Positions 42,750 through 53,474 of a DNA stretch of 64,000 nucleotides are shown piece by piece; the stretch's first letter is position 1, and each line of letters opens with the position of its first letter. Below the pieces are notes generated by a model, which saw only the letters and a program-made list of their open reading frames with translations, was not told the origin of the DNA and did no database searches. Both the position numbers and the translations under genes were made by a program. Source of the stretch: Trypanosoma brucei (lineage: Eukaryota); NCBI GenBank assembly GCA_000002445.1, contig CM000208.1, forward strand, positions 736,001 through 800,000, written 5' to 3'.

Positions 42750-45700
42750 ATGTATGCAATGCCCGGTAATAGTGGTGATCTACAGTGTGATGATGGTAAG
42801 AAAAGACATATACCGCCATTGTCACTGTTGCTGTCGGGCTACGGGAGCAGTGAAGGCAGGGAACTGGACACATCGTATACACCAAAGCAGTGGCTGTGGT
42901 TCCTCTATGTGACATCATGGGCTCGACCGTTTTTTACTTATGCATCATCTGGTGGTGCGTCCGAAGCGACGGAGGGCAGCAGTGATAACAGAAGTGGGAG
43001 CGCATATTGGGGCAGGTTATCATTTGACGAGCTGTTGAAGTTGTCGGGGTCCCCCATTCCTCCCGCCATGGTGTCGCTTTGGATGGGGCTTTGCATGCCG
43101 ACAGATGACGTCGTGCAAGAGCTGCGAATAATGACGGAGGGGAAGGCAGAAGGTCGGCAGCGCATATATCCTTTCCTGCCTCGTGTTGCAGAGTCAACAT
43201 TTGGTCGTGCTCTGCGATCGTTGGCCGTGCGACAGCATATATCCTCCTGGATGCCTTCTCATGCCGGTGACGTGTGTGCCGCCCTTGACGTTCTGGTGCG
43301 AGACACACTTGAAGTTATTCAGAACTCTGCCGATGTGCGGAAGACTGCGAGAGTACGGTGTGAGGAAAGAGATGCGTCAGGGGAGGAAGCACTTGAGGGG
43401 GCTTTCCGGAGCATGCTTTCTGCATCTACTACCGCACCGAAGGTGGTGGAAGCGACAACTTACCGTCCTCTGTTCGATGTGAAGGCATCCATACCCGAGG
43501 GTGGAACTGCGCAAGTCCTTATCAGGGTGGCTAATGCTGCACGTTTGTTTGCCGCCCTTTCGGTGGAGGCATTTGGTCGTGTCAAATCTGAATGCGCCGT
43601 CCTACTTCTTGCTCATATCAATCAGCGCGATGCACCAGAGCATGTGGATGCCCGTGCGTACGGTGTGGTGACTGGCGTTGTGGAGTATGCTATGGCTTAT
43701 CGGTATTGCAGGGATGATGGTACGGGACGGTGCCCACTGACGTGCGCTGCTTTGCTGTTGCATCGTCTCGTTGAGCTGCAGGGAATTGTGGAAAAGGATA
43801 CTGCTGCTGGTGACAGGTGTATGGGGATGGCTGTATCAGCTTCTCGGTTCGCAAACATGACTGTGGCGTGTATACAGGAACTGCTCTTCTGTGTGGTGGC
43901 AGGTGATACAGTAAGGTGGCACAGGGAACACCAGCCCGATGGTGTCTCTGTCTGTCCCACCGCTGCACGTACCTTAACGCTGCATGAAACAGATTGTCTA
44001 CTACAAGTCTTCATCCCGGCACTGCTCCAGCAGGTGGGGTTTGAGTGGCCCTGGTCAGAGTCACTCCGGCATGCCAAGATGCTTGATCGGGCACGAACGC
44101 AACATATTGTGATGGAAGATGGTGTCAGGTTGGATAGCCGATCGGTGTTTGAGGAGCTTTTGGTCTCAGTTGCGCGACGAACGTACGGACTGCGCCTTCG
44201 AGCCATTCTCCCTCAGAGCTTCGACGTCATTGCGGAAAATATTTTTGTTTCGATCCACGATGTGCCGAATGAGGGTAAAAGCAGTGGAGGGAATCCTGAG
44301 AAGGTGGCTGATAATTCGTCTTCTCGCTTCGCACTACCTCTGTATTACCGTACTGCCGGTGAGGTCTTGCTAGAATATTTTGATCGCTGCGGTCCAAGTG
44401 GAATAACAGCGGAGGAAACAGAGCGGGTGTTGAGACGGGCCACCGATGTGCAGCCTATGGTTGTGCAATTGCAGGCACTGGGAGGGGACACAAACGGTGG
44501 CATTACTGATTGTGTCAGCTACTGTGGTGAGCTTTCTCGCACAGTATATTTTTCCGCGCGTGAGAAGGAGCGTTTACTGCAGAGGTACCGCTGTGAAGTG
44601 CTGCTGGCCTCCCTCGTGGTGTACACGCAACTGAGAACGGTGAGTGTCGTGCAACAGCTCACGCGGCAACTCGCCCCATTGTTTGAGCAGCTGCTTCTGC
44701 CGCTTGCGCATGAGCGTACCCTCAGTCGTTGTCCTGTGATTGCATCCAGGAAGGGGGACGGGGTTGATGACAACGGCACACCGTTGGTGGACTTAACACC
44801 GGAATTCAAGATGCTGGTAGACGAAATTCATTATGAGTTCTACCCTCTGGAATGGGTACCCGAAGCCGTTGATGCCCATATTCGGCAAGAGTGTGGTGTC
44901 CGGGAAAAAGAAGGAGCACCGTACCACGAAGGCGGGAATGGTCCCCCCTGTTTTGCCCAATACTCTCTATTTGCAGCTATTGCTCATCAGTTTGGCCTCG
45001 TTCTGGAGGGGAACCCGCGTGGATTCCGTGGTGGCGACGGCAGCAGCAGTGAAGTACGCACGAAGGCATACCGTTTCTTCACACTGATGTTGCTCAACAA
45101 TCTCGGGGATGCAGTATCTTCCTCATGTGAGTTAGATGGGGCTGCAGCGCTGGCCGCAACGCGGCGTGTTAAGGATTGTCAGGACGGTAGCGAAAATTGT
45201 AAACAACGGCAAGCGGCTGTGAGGCAACGCGGCGGCGCATCGTTTCACAGTGTGGTGAGCGCGTGCGATGTTGTGGTTACTATGACACAGTGCTTACTTC
45301 CCGCACACTTATCATCACACCCACGTATGGCAACCACTGGTTCTATGAGCAACGAGTGGATGCGCCGGGTTGGGGAGTGGACACGATCGGCGTACTCGAA
45401 GTACACCGCGTATCAGCAGCAGGTGCATGGTTTGGATCTTCCTGTGCCGCTCATCTCTCTCTATAATAGTCTCACCTTTGACTCCGTTCCCCTTGCTCGT
45501 GAAACCATCCGCGCCGTACGGAGCCGCCTCCTTGAGAAGATGAGTGTGGTGACTGCGTCGCCGCCAGGGGATGTAGAAACTGCGGGTAAACAGCTCCTGG
45601 AGCAGCACCTTTCCAGCCTAACCGTAACACTCACAGCTGTTGGGCTTCTGCCGCTCTGTGTGCGTGGGGGAAGCCATGTACCCTGCGCAACTCAACTATT

Positions 45701-45764
45701 GTGGGCATCCCCATTTTTCTCCCACGAACTGCTGCACTGCGGTCGATACGAAGTAAGTGTATAG
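42750..45764 (+). CDS. Hypothetical protein of about 1004 aa
   Basis: Long + strand ORF. The track start at 42609 is GTG. The first ATGs are at 42750 and 42759 (MYAMPGNSG...). No domain recognised. Confidence 0.6.
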   Translation: MYAMPGNSGDLQCDDGKKRHIPPLSLLLSGYGSSEGRELDTSYTPKQWLWFLYVTSWARPFFTYASSGGASEATEGSSDNRSGSAYWGRLSFDELLKLSGSPIPPAMVSLWMGLCMPTDDVVQELRIMTEGKAEGRQRIYPFLPRVAESTFGRALRSLAVRQHISSWMPSHAGDVCAALDVLVRDTLEVIQNSADVRKTARVRCEERDASGEEALEGAFRSMLSASTTAPKVVEATTYRPLFDVKASIPEGGTAQVLIRVANAARLFAALSVEAFGRVKSECAVLLLAHINQRDAPEHVDARAYGVVTGVVEYAMAYRYCRDDGTGRCPLTCAALLLHRLVELQGIVEKDTAAGDRCMGMAVSASRFANMTVACIQELLFCVVAGDTVRWHREHQPDGVSVCPTAARTLTLHETDCLLQVFIPALLQQVGFEWPWSESLRHAKMLDRARTQHIVMEDGVRLDSRSVFEELLVSVARRTYGLRLRAILPQSFDVIAENIFVSIHDVPNEGKSSGGNPEKVADNSSSRFALPLYYRTAGEVLLEYFDRCGPSGITAEETERVLRRATDVQPMVVQLQALGGDTNGGITDCVSYCGELSRTVYFSAREKERLLQRYRCEVLLASLVVYTQLRTVSVVQQLTRQLAPLFEQLLLPLAHERTLSRCPVIASRKGDGVDDNGTPLVDLTPEFKMLVDEIHYEFYPLEWVPEAVDAHIRQECGVREKEGAPYHEGGNGPPCFAQYSLFAAIAHQFGLVLEGNPRGFRGGDGSSSEVRTKAYRFFTLMLLNNLGDAVSSSCELDGAAALAATRRVKDCQDGSENCKQRQAAVRQRGGASFHSVVSACDVVVTMTQCLLPAHLSSHPRMATTGSMSNEWMRRVGEWTRSAYSKYTAYQQQVHGLDLPVPLISLYNSLTFDSVPLARETIRAVRSRLLEKMSVVTASPPGDVETAGKQLLEQHLSSLTVTLTAVGLLPLCVRGGSHVPCATQLLWASPFFSHELLHCGRYEVSV

Positions 45765-46121
45765 GAAACACTCCGGAAAGCTTTGCCCGAAGAAACGCTG
45801 TCGTTGCTTTGCTGCTTCTTTAATGAGGGGGTTTACCTGTACAGATCACCTCTCCAGTGGTTCCCTTGCTTCTTTCGTATGCGATTTTGTTGGTGTCGGA
45901 GGTGACGCTCCTGTAATTGTAAACATTTTATTTATCATCATCACCACCCAATGCTGAAATGGTTGCGAGGTAAATTCTACTTACACACCCCTAACCAAAT
46001 TTGCTCCGCTCCACACCCTACCAATAAATGTACGCATATACCCTTTGATCCGTAGCACCAGGCAAGTGATATAGCAGTAAAGTACCTGGATTTCTTTACA
46101 GACGCTTTCTGATCCATTACC

Positions 46122-48479
46122 ATGAACAGTTTCGTGTCTCATTCCTCTCCTCCCCTTTCCGCTGGAATAAATGAGATGTCACTGGCGGAATTGCGGTTAG
46201 GTATTCACGAATTCCTTCGGTCAAGCGGAGCTTTGGGTTCTCTCAAAACACAACTACGTGGTGTCATTACATCAGAGTTGTTAAAGCGGAGACGGACAAA
46301 GGATATTACCGCCGGTGAATGCAACAGTCGGGAGCTGGACGCGGGGGCTGATGTTAGTAATAAGGATGGAGAAGGCGAAAGCGCATGGATACAGCGTCTC
46401 GCCGATGCTATAGTGGAGCAGCATCTGCGGCAAACGGGGCGTGCCTTTTCGTTGGCGATTTTCAGTAGTGAGGCAGATGTAAGCTTCAGAGCAACTGGGG
46501 ACGATGCCCTCGCAGTACTCCTCCATCTTGACAACCCCGTATTGACTACGGCGGGTTGGCGTGCGGGACCGGACTCGACTCCTGCCAATGCGAAGGTTGC
46601 ACATCACCGGAGTAGCAGTTTTTTACAGATTCTTACAGCTGCACACTTGAGGCATGTGGGTGATAGTCGAGGACAGCGACCTAGATACGCTGTCGGTACT
46701 CAAACTGATAGTGACTTTGGTAGTGAGTTTTCGGGGGAATCCGCGAAGCCACCGGTTGAGGTTCGCCTTGCAGCTGTGGATGCAAAGTATGCTCTTTGCT
46801 TCGCCCGTATGGAACATTCGACACGCGAGGAACTGGACCGGCACATGGAAACTTACAGAGAGGAATTGAAGCTGCAGATGGAACAAACATACCAGCAGCG
46901 GCTTCGTGCTTTCGAGCAGCAAAAGCTTTTGGAGGTGCGGCGGGAGGCGGAAGAGCATTTCAGACTACTACTTCAACACAAGATGGAGGAGCAACGGGAA
47001 ATAGAAAGGCTAAGTGCTCAACGTGTGGAGGCTGAACGCGTCCGGCTCTCGCAGGCACGTGAAGATATACAACTACAGCGTGTTGAATTGGAGCGACGGC
47101 AGCGTGAAATACAGCTCCTGTTGGACGAGCGTGATAAGGCGACGGTCGAGATGGAAGGCCGCTTGCACGACGCGAAGCAGCAAATACGCGTCTTAACATC
47201 ACAACTGCAACAGTTTGAGGAGCTCTGTGCCTCCCGACTCGCTGAGGCTGAAGCAGCACGTGACCGTGAGATGCGGCGGGTGGGAGATATTCGGCGGCTT
47301 CAAGCAGAGCATGTGGCAGAGTTACAACTAAAGGATGAGGAAATTTGTCGTTTGCGTTTCCGACTTAAATCACTGGCAGCTTCCAACACCGGCGGCAGTT
47401 GGCATCACAACGCCCTGAACACCACGGAGAATGGGGTTATTATGGTGCACGAAGTTCCCTCAGGAGCGACCCGACAACATAAGCAAGGAAGCCGACAGCA
47501 GGCGTCCCATGAAGCAACGTACCTTGCGTCAACACCTGTTCCGCGTGAGGCAGCATGGCAGTCCATTTGGCACTCAACTGATGTTGTGGGACCCACAGAA
47601 GTCGTAACAGCACCGTGGAGGGGGGAAGAGGGAGTAGTTGAACGGCGCTCACATTTGGTGGATCCTTCCTTGCATTCCAGTGATGTTCACCGGCAGGGAA
47701 AGCGTGGTAGTAGGGACACTAACGATGCGGCCATCGAAAGTCAAGAAAGGAGCATGAGCATTCAACCTCGAAGAGCCGCAACCACGGAAAGTGGCAGCAC
47801 TGTAACCACCACTAGCTCCAGAGTGGGGTCTCGCGTGCTTCTTGCTGATGCTGCTGTCGCCAAGTCAGCACACGAATCTGCAACTGCGGAAAAGCAGGAA
47901 ACTCCGGTGCCGCAGGAGTGCGGATCTTCAGAGAGATCAGGCCGGGCAGGAAATGATGAGAAGGATGAGGTGGCGCATAGCAAGAGCTCGTCAGGCAGCA
48001 CCAAGGTGACCAGGAGCAACACAACGGGAGAAATTAACGGTGAAGTGGACCGTTCGCACCCACCTGTCGTGCAGGGGTCGCACTCGGAGGGTCCCCTCTC
48101 CCTTAATGCATCTGAGGGCAATACCGCCATTGCTTCCTCTTCCAAAATGTCATCTGTGCGTTCACACAAGAGCCAGTCTGTCACAACGCCACGTGCAGCC
48201 GCGTCCCACGCGCTAAGTGATTTGGTGGGACGAATTAACGCTGAGGAGGAGGACAAACGGAAAGAAATTGAGAAAGAGGAAGAGACGAACCGAGGTGGCA
48301 TTAAGTGGGCCGCCACCTCTCAGCACAACTTGCTGGTGCAACGCCAAACAGCGATGGAAGAGTTTTCTGGGCGTGAGGAGAGTAATGTGGTTTTGTTGGA
48401 CCGCACGACCATATCCGATGATGGCAGTGAGGATGATATTTTATATCGAAAAGGAGATGACAGTGATGACTCCATATGA
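46122..48479 (+). CDS. Coiled-coil protein of 785 aa with an N-terminal FOP-dimerisation/LisH-like motif
   Basis: Verified ATG at 46122. MSLAELRLGIHEFLRSSGALGSLKTQLRGVI resembles, by eye, the FOP N-terminal dimerisation pattern LRDLLVQTLENSGVLNRIKAELRAAVF. A long heptad-rich segment follows (residues about 230-420: EELDRHMETYREELKLQMEQTYQQRLRAFEQQKLLEVRREAEEH...), then a Ser/Thr-rich tail. Confidence 0.6.
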   Translation: MNSFVSHSSPPLSAGINEMSLAELRLGIHEFLRSSGALGSLKTQLRGVITSELLKRRRTKDITAGECNSRELDAGADVSNKDGEGESAWIQRLADAIVEQHLRQTGRAFSLAIFSSEADVSFRATGDDALAVLLHLDNPVLTTAGWRAGPDSTPANAKVAHHRSSSFLQILTAAHLRHVGDSRGQRPRYAVGTQTDSDFGSEFSGESAKPPVEVRLAAVDAKYALCFARMEHSTREELDRHMETYREELKLQMEQTYQQRLRAFEQQKLLEVRREAEEHFRLLLQHKMEEQREIERLSAQRVEAERVRLSQAREDIQLQRVELERRQREIQLLLDERDKATVEMEGRLHDAKQQIRVLTSQLQQFEELCASRLAEAEAARDREMRRVGDIRRLQAEHVAELQLKDEEICRLRFRLKSLAASNTGGSWHHNALNTTENGVIMVHEVPSGATRQHKQGSRQQASHEATYLASTPVPREAAWQSIWHSTDVVGPTEVVTAPWRGEEGVVERRSHLVDPSLHSSDVHRQGKRGSRDTNDAAIESQERSMSIQPRRAATTESGSTVTTTSSRVGSRVLLADAAVAKSAHESATAEKQETPVPQECGSSERSGRAGNDEKDEVAHSKSSSGSTKVTRSNTTGEINGEVDRSHPPVVQGSHSEGPLSLNASEGNTAIASSSKMSSVRSHKSQSVTTPRAAASHALSDLVGRINAEEEDKRKEIEKEEETNRGGIKWAATSQHNLLVQRQTAMEEFSGREESNVVLLDRTTISDDGSEDDILYRKGDDSDDSI

Positions 48480-49440
48480 TCTATAGAAATGAGATTTTGT
48501 TGCTACATTATCTGATGTTCGGAAGCGAACGTTTCACGACCGCCCGCTCTCTTGAGCAACCGATAAGGTGGTGGTGTGTTTGGGGGGTACCCTCGGTGCT
48601 GCCTCCAGAAACTCGATTGAAGACCCCCCCCCCTACCCGCCATATCATCTCAATCACCTAGTGAAGCATTGAAGATACTGTCGGAAGACTCGCCTTTAAG
48701 TTACACGTAGCTTCCAATACTGATGAGTGACGTTTCTTCTGCGAGTAACCTTGCTGTCTCCTCTATTAATCTTCATGCCTACTGTTGTTGGGGTTGGTTG
48801 CCACCGTATAGACGGGCACTGGTGTCTTTGTCCACTAACTGTGGTAGAGTGCGTGGTGTGTCGTACTACACCTTTACATGGCAGCTGCCACACCGACACA
48901 AGCGAAGTTGTTGTGTGTAATACATAAAGCGACGGTGGTTTGCATGTGTTTGGTCCTTTCACATCAATGAAACGGGTAAGAGTGACACATCCGGCACATT
49001 GTGAGCGAGGTCGTGAGAGTGGGAACCGTTTCCCGGTTATGTCAACCGATACGCGCAAGCGGAAACAAAAAAAAATACGGGTGTCGAGGTGAAGGGGCGC
49101 GTAGGTAAATGATGTTGGGCCTTTTGCAATCTCAAGCTAGTGACCGAAAAACTATTTTACTGACTGATGTGCTAGTTTATAATAGATGCTTCCACCCTAC
49201 TGAGGTGTGTCACGTTGTTGGTGGGGGTCACACGCGTCTGTGCAATTCCCTTCCTCCTTCCCCCCACTATTTGCCCGTTTCTCGCTTACGGTAGGTCACC
49301 GTCATACACTAAGGTTCATCTCTATTTTATCTCTTTCCCCTATTCATCCTGCTTTGCGTGTACGTGGTGTGGCGGCAGCGAAGCGGTGGCGGCAGCTGAC
49401 TGCGGCCTCCATCAAGTTTGAAAAATTAACCACACGAATA

Positions 49441-52400
49441 ATGCCATTACCATCCACGCTACCTTCACCAGCACCTCCCTCACCACCAGTAGCGACATCA
49501 AAACTTGATCTTGACATCAACGGGCTTCAGAAGATTTTGCAGCAGATCGACGAATCGTTTCATGCTAGTGACGACGACGTAGACCGCAGACTGCGGCTTC
49601 AGCATCTGGAACGGCAGCAGGTGGCACTGCAACAACTCTGTGACGCGGCGCTACAGCAGCAAGACGGTCAAGCAGTCCCTCCGGCATTGGATAATAGCAC
49701 GGATGTACGACCCATCACCTACAAGGTTCTTGATACCGATGTTGTCTCAACACCGCGGTCCATAGATGCATTTAATCCCTCTCACAACACCCGAGAGACA
49801 CTCCAGTCCATTGCACGCAAGACTGAAACCTGTCTACGTTCTCCTCATGCCCCCTTGGTCGCGCCACCTCGGTTGCTTTCTCCGTCACGAGTCACATCGA
49901 TGCCTCACATGGGGGCGGGCACCACCGCCCAGGGAGAAGTAAAAACTCCAGACCATGCTGGCGTAGCAACCGCGAAGATATTTCCCCTTCGGTCACCTGA
50001 GTTGCCACCAACATATCATGACGGTGCCGCAGTTCAGGAAGACCGTGATCTTGTTGAATCATTCCTCGGTGATGGGCGGGCCAAAGCGCAACACCCGTAC
50101 GCTGTGGAAGAAGGCGGTGTCCATAGGGTGCGGGGGTCGACAGGTGGATGGCAGCAGCGTGGGATTCATACCCTGCGAGGTGTGCGTTCTTGTCGTCTTA
50201 TGGCTCCTCGGATGTCATCCGGGACCGACCGCACTGCCTCGCCGGAGCACTTTGACATTGGTGAGGATGAGAAGTTAATCCGGCAGCTTATTGGAAGGAA
50301 TGAGACACGTGTCAAGGGGTCCACAAACAGGAATAATCACTGCTTTCAAACGGCTCCCACGAAAGGGGAGAATGTTGCCGCCCATTCGTGTGGTACCGAG
50401 GGCCAAATACACAGACATTCCACAGTGCCATCTGCTAGTGGGAGGCAACCTGCCCAAGGCGATGCCCACCCTACTAGCACAAGCATGGCTCACAACCCAC
50501 ATAAGGAGGATTGTGCTGCGAGAAATGGACACTGGGTGCGGGGCAAAAGTGTTAAGGAGCTAACGCAGAAAATGGAGTGCCTGGCGCGACACCTCGTTAA
50601 GTGCATGCGGGACCGGCTTCAGTTGCAGTACCGTGTTGACCGCCTTGAGGGAATGCTAGATGTTGCTAACACAGAGGTTGGGAGACTGAGGAGAACTCTG
50701 GAGCAAAGGGAGGAGGGTACATTGACGGAGTCTGCGTGGCGAGCGACCATAAATGCGAAGGAGCGCGAATTACGGGTTTGTGAAGATGAAATCCGACGTC
50801 TTCGTATCCTCGTGGAGCAGCAGGTGACACGGCAGGGATGCGGCCTGGCACGTCAGAATGAGGCTGCGGCACTGCAGCAAGCGAAGGCCGATCTGGAGTG
50901 TATGATGCAGGAGCTCGGTGTTGCACATATGCGTCGGAGGGAAATGGAAGAGGAGTTTGAGCGCACAAAGCAAGCGCTCGATGCAGCAGAGTCACACATA
51001 CAAATGCTAGACAAACGACTGGCGCAAGCGGAACGAGCTGCTGCACTGGCGCGAGTGTGGGACGTTAGTGGTGACCTGAATGTACAAGTGGGTGATGTTC
51101 CTTCTGCCCCGGCGTCAACCGCACTCCAAAAAGGGCTCCCAGAGGCAAAGTTGAAGCTGCAAGCAAATGTTGGGAACGTAGACAGCTGGACACATGATGC
51201 ACAACGTGAGATCGCTCGGCTCACCGCTCATATTGAAAATCTAGCACTGAAGCACGCAGAAAGTGATCGCCACGCTGAACTGCGATTGTCGAATGCTCGC
51301 AAGGAGAGCGATGTCCTCCGCAGGCAGTGCAATGAACTTAGAGTGGAAGTGAGGTCACACGAGGTGCAGATTGAAACCCTGCGGAGGGACCGTGTTGCGG
51401 TTGGTTTGAGAGAAGGACAACTGAGGCAACAACTCCTGGATCTTCGCGACGATGCCGTTTTACTTGCTGATCTCCTGCAAGCCACCACCAAAAACGCGAA
51501 AGGGATGCTGCAGATACTGGGAACGGATGACGTGGAGCATCGCCAGTCGAAAGCAGCTGTTGAGCGGTTTGTTGCAGGTGTGCTGTGCGACTTCGATGCG
51601 TTGGGGCGTTTCTTTGGAGCATTACAGTGCATAGATATAGGCGAGTCACGGTGTCAGATGGAAGAAAGGGTGTCGGTGTCTGAAGCCACAGCGGCGAGAA
51701 GGGACTTCGTATTGAAGGCTGTAGAAGATGCCATGGAACGTCCTTCGCAGGGATTTGGACCCGCCACGTTGTCCAGCAGCAAGCCGCCGTGTGTTGAAAC
51801 TTTGCAAGCCGCACACGAGTCGCACCGTCCGTCTGTTGCGGCTGACTGCATCCTTGCCACAGGCACGCGCCCACCGGAAGATCGGAAACCGCCAACAACG
51901 TCGTCGACCCCCTCCCCCGCACACCCCGTACTTCGGTGGGTGGCAGATCAAAACATTAGTCTCGAAGGCGTAACAGCACCCGACGAGGGTAACCAACCGC
52001 AGAATGGCGCAAAGATGGCTGAGTCACGTGCCTCGGTTATGGAAGGTTGTACCGGGAGAAATTTGGAACAGCAGAGCAGTAATGACTTTTACGCCTTGTC
52101 TGGCACGAACACCGACACTGAGCCAAAGATATCGTTGTTTCCCACTACCTCATGGCCCTCACCGCAGGGTGCGCGGAGGGGTAGCCCGCCTTCTCGCCTA
52201 TCAGATCAAGCAGAGTCGCACGTGTTGATACAGGATAGCGCCCGCAGCCGCATTTCCACCGGCATTTCATTTCTTTCTAAGGCACCTGACGGTAGCGGCA
52301 CCGTGGCTAGTGAGGGTATTCCTCACCTACAACAACCACTTTCACACTCAATGGTATCGTCACAGAGTCATATGGTGGAGGAAACTAGTGATGAGAGATC

Positions 52401-53112
52401 CTCGGGCCCCATGCTGTCGGTTGTCGCTGCCACCACCCGTCACGTTGATACACTGAGCGCGCAGGCGGTGGCAAATAGGGTGGACGATGTTGATTTAAAG
52501 GGAGTGACACTTGAATTATTGCGAGCTGAGGACAGGACTAGTGTCAAAGTGCACCCCGCCGTAAGCTGGAACACTGGGGCAGAAAACAGTGCCGAGAAGG
52601 ATGGTGTTGGAGGCGAACAAACTGATTTAAACGATGTACCTGTCACTGAGGTCATGCGTCACCTGCAGCCGAGAGATGACAGTCCGGAGAACAGGAAACA
52701 AACACCTCCTCGTCTCATGCCGCACTATGTGGTGACCCACGCATCCAGCACGGCTACTGCAACCCGAGAGGAGCGGTCGGGTGCCCCGGTGGGTAGGCGA
52801 CCAGCGGTTCAACAAGCTGCTGATCCTGCGCCCCTGCGACGGGCAGTGGTGGGAGGAGGGAGAGATGGAAGAGGTAGAGGTAGAGCAGTTGCTTTGGCTG
52901 AACCACAGCGTCCTACCGCTGCGCGACCAGGGGCGGCACTGCTGCCAAGTGTGAATGATGTGGGACCGGAACCACGAAACAATACAGTCACAGCGACAAT
53001 GGTGTCAGGAGAAGCGGGTACCGCACATCGCCATCATCTCCCAGTAGGCACAGAATTCCTGTCCCTGCGGCAACCGGCACTCGCCAATGCCCAGTCTAAA
53101 CCGAAAGACTAA
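49441..53112 (+). CDS. Coiled-coil hypothetical protein of about 1223 aa
   Basis: The track ORF starts at a GTG (49207). The first ATG after the pyrimidine-rich leader is at 49441 (MPLPSTLPSPAPPSPP...). An extended coiled-coil region follows (LQYRVDRLEGMLDVANTEVGRLRRTLEQREEG...KQALDAAESHIQMLDKRLAQAERAAALA). Confidence 0.6.
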   Translation: MPLPSTLPSPAPPSPPVATSKLDLDINGLQKILQQIDESFHASDDDVDRRLRLQHLERQQVALQQLCDAALQQQDGQAVPPALDNSTDVRPITYKVLDTDVVSTPRSIDAFNPSHNTRETLQSIARKTETCLRSPHAPLVAPPRLLSPSRVTSMPHMGAGTTAQGEVKTPDHAGVATAKIFPLRSPELPPTYHDGAAVQEDRDLVESFLGDGRAKAQHPYAVEEGGVHRVRGSTGGWQQRGIHTLRGVRSCRLMAPRMSSGTDRTASPEHFDIGEDEKLIRQLIGRNETRVKGSTNRNNHCFQTAPTKGENVAAHSCGTEGQIHRHSTVPSASGRQPAQGDAHPTSTSMAHNPHKEDCAARNGHWVRGKSVKELTQKMECLARHLVKCMRDRLQLQYRVDRLEGMLDVANTEVGRLRRTLEQREEGTLTESAWRATINAKERELRVCEDEIRRLRILVEQQVTRQGCGLARQNEAAALQQAKADLECMMQELGVAHMRRREMEEEFERTKQALDAAESHIQMLDKRLAQAERAAALARVWDVSGDLNVQVGDVPSAPASTALQKGLPEAKLKLQANVGNVDSWTHDAQREIARLTAHIENLALKHAESDRHAELRLSNARKESDVLRRQCNELRVEVRSHEVQIETLRRDRVAVGLREGQLRQQLLDLRDDAVLLADLLQATTKNAKGMLQILGTDDVEHRQSKAAVERFVAGVLCDFDALGRFFGALQCIDIGESRCQMEERVSVSEATAARRDFVLKAVEDAMERPSQGFGPATLSSSKPPCVETLQAAHESHRPSVAADCILATGTRPPEDRKPPTTSSTPSPAHPVLRWVADQNISLEGVTAPDEGNQPQNGAKMAESRASVMEGCTGRNLEQQSSNDFYALSGTNTDTEPKISLFPTTSWPSPQGARRGSPPSRLSDQAESHVLIQDSARSRISTGISFLSKAPDGSGTVASEGIPHLQQPLSHSMVSSQSHMVEETSDERSSGPMLSVVAATTRHVDTLSAQAVANRVDDVDLKGVTLELLRAEDRTSVKVHPAVSWNTGAENSAEKDGVGGEQTDLNDVPVTEVMRHLQPRDDSPENRKQTPPRLMPHYVVTHASSTATATREERSGAPVGRRPAVQQAADPAPLRRAVVGGGRDGRGRGRAVALAEPQRPTAARPGAALLPSVNDVGPEPRNNTVTATMVSGEAGTAHRHHLPVGTEFLSLRQPALANAQSKPKD

Positions 53113-53474
53113 AGTAGCCGTGTAGCGCTCGCTGTATTCGGTGTGTTTCCGTGGGCAATGCCATCCGGGTATGTATGGCCAAGAGAATAGAGTTGTTATC
53201 CGGACAGTCACCTATATTTTTATGTTCCGTTTATCATAACACTGTTTTCTGTTATTGCTTGCGTACTCGTTAGTCCGCTGTGTGCGGTCCCTGCAAACCG
53301 TGTACGTGTTGAAGTGGAGCAAGGAAGGGAGCTGGTCTCATTTCCATGCGGCACGGCGGGCGAAACAGAGTTTATTCCACTGCTACCATCTGTGTTTTTT
53401 CTTCATGTATTCAAATTCTTGTTCTTTAAAGGTGAGACCTTCGCAGTGGCAGCTGGCTGTGCAAGGCGCACTCC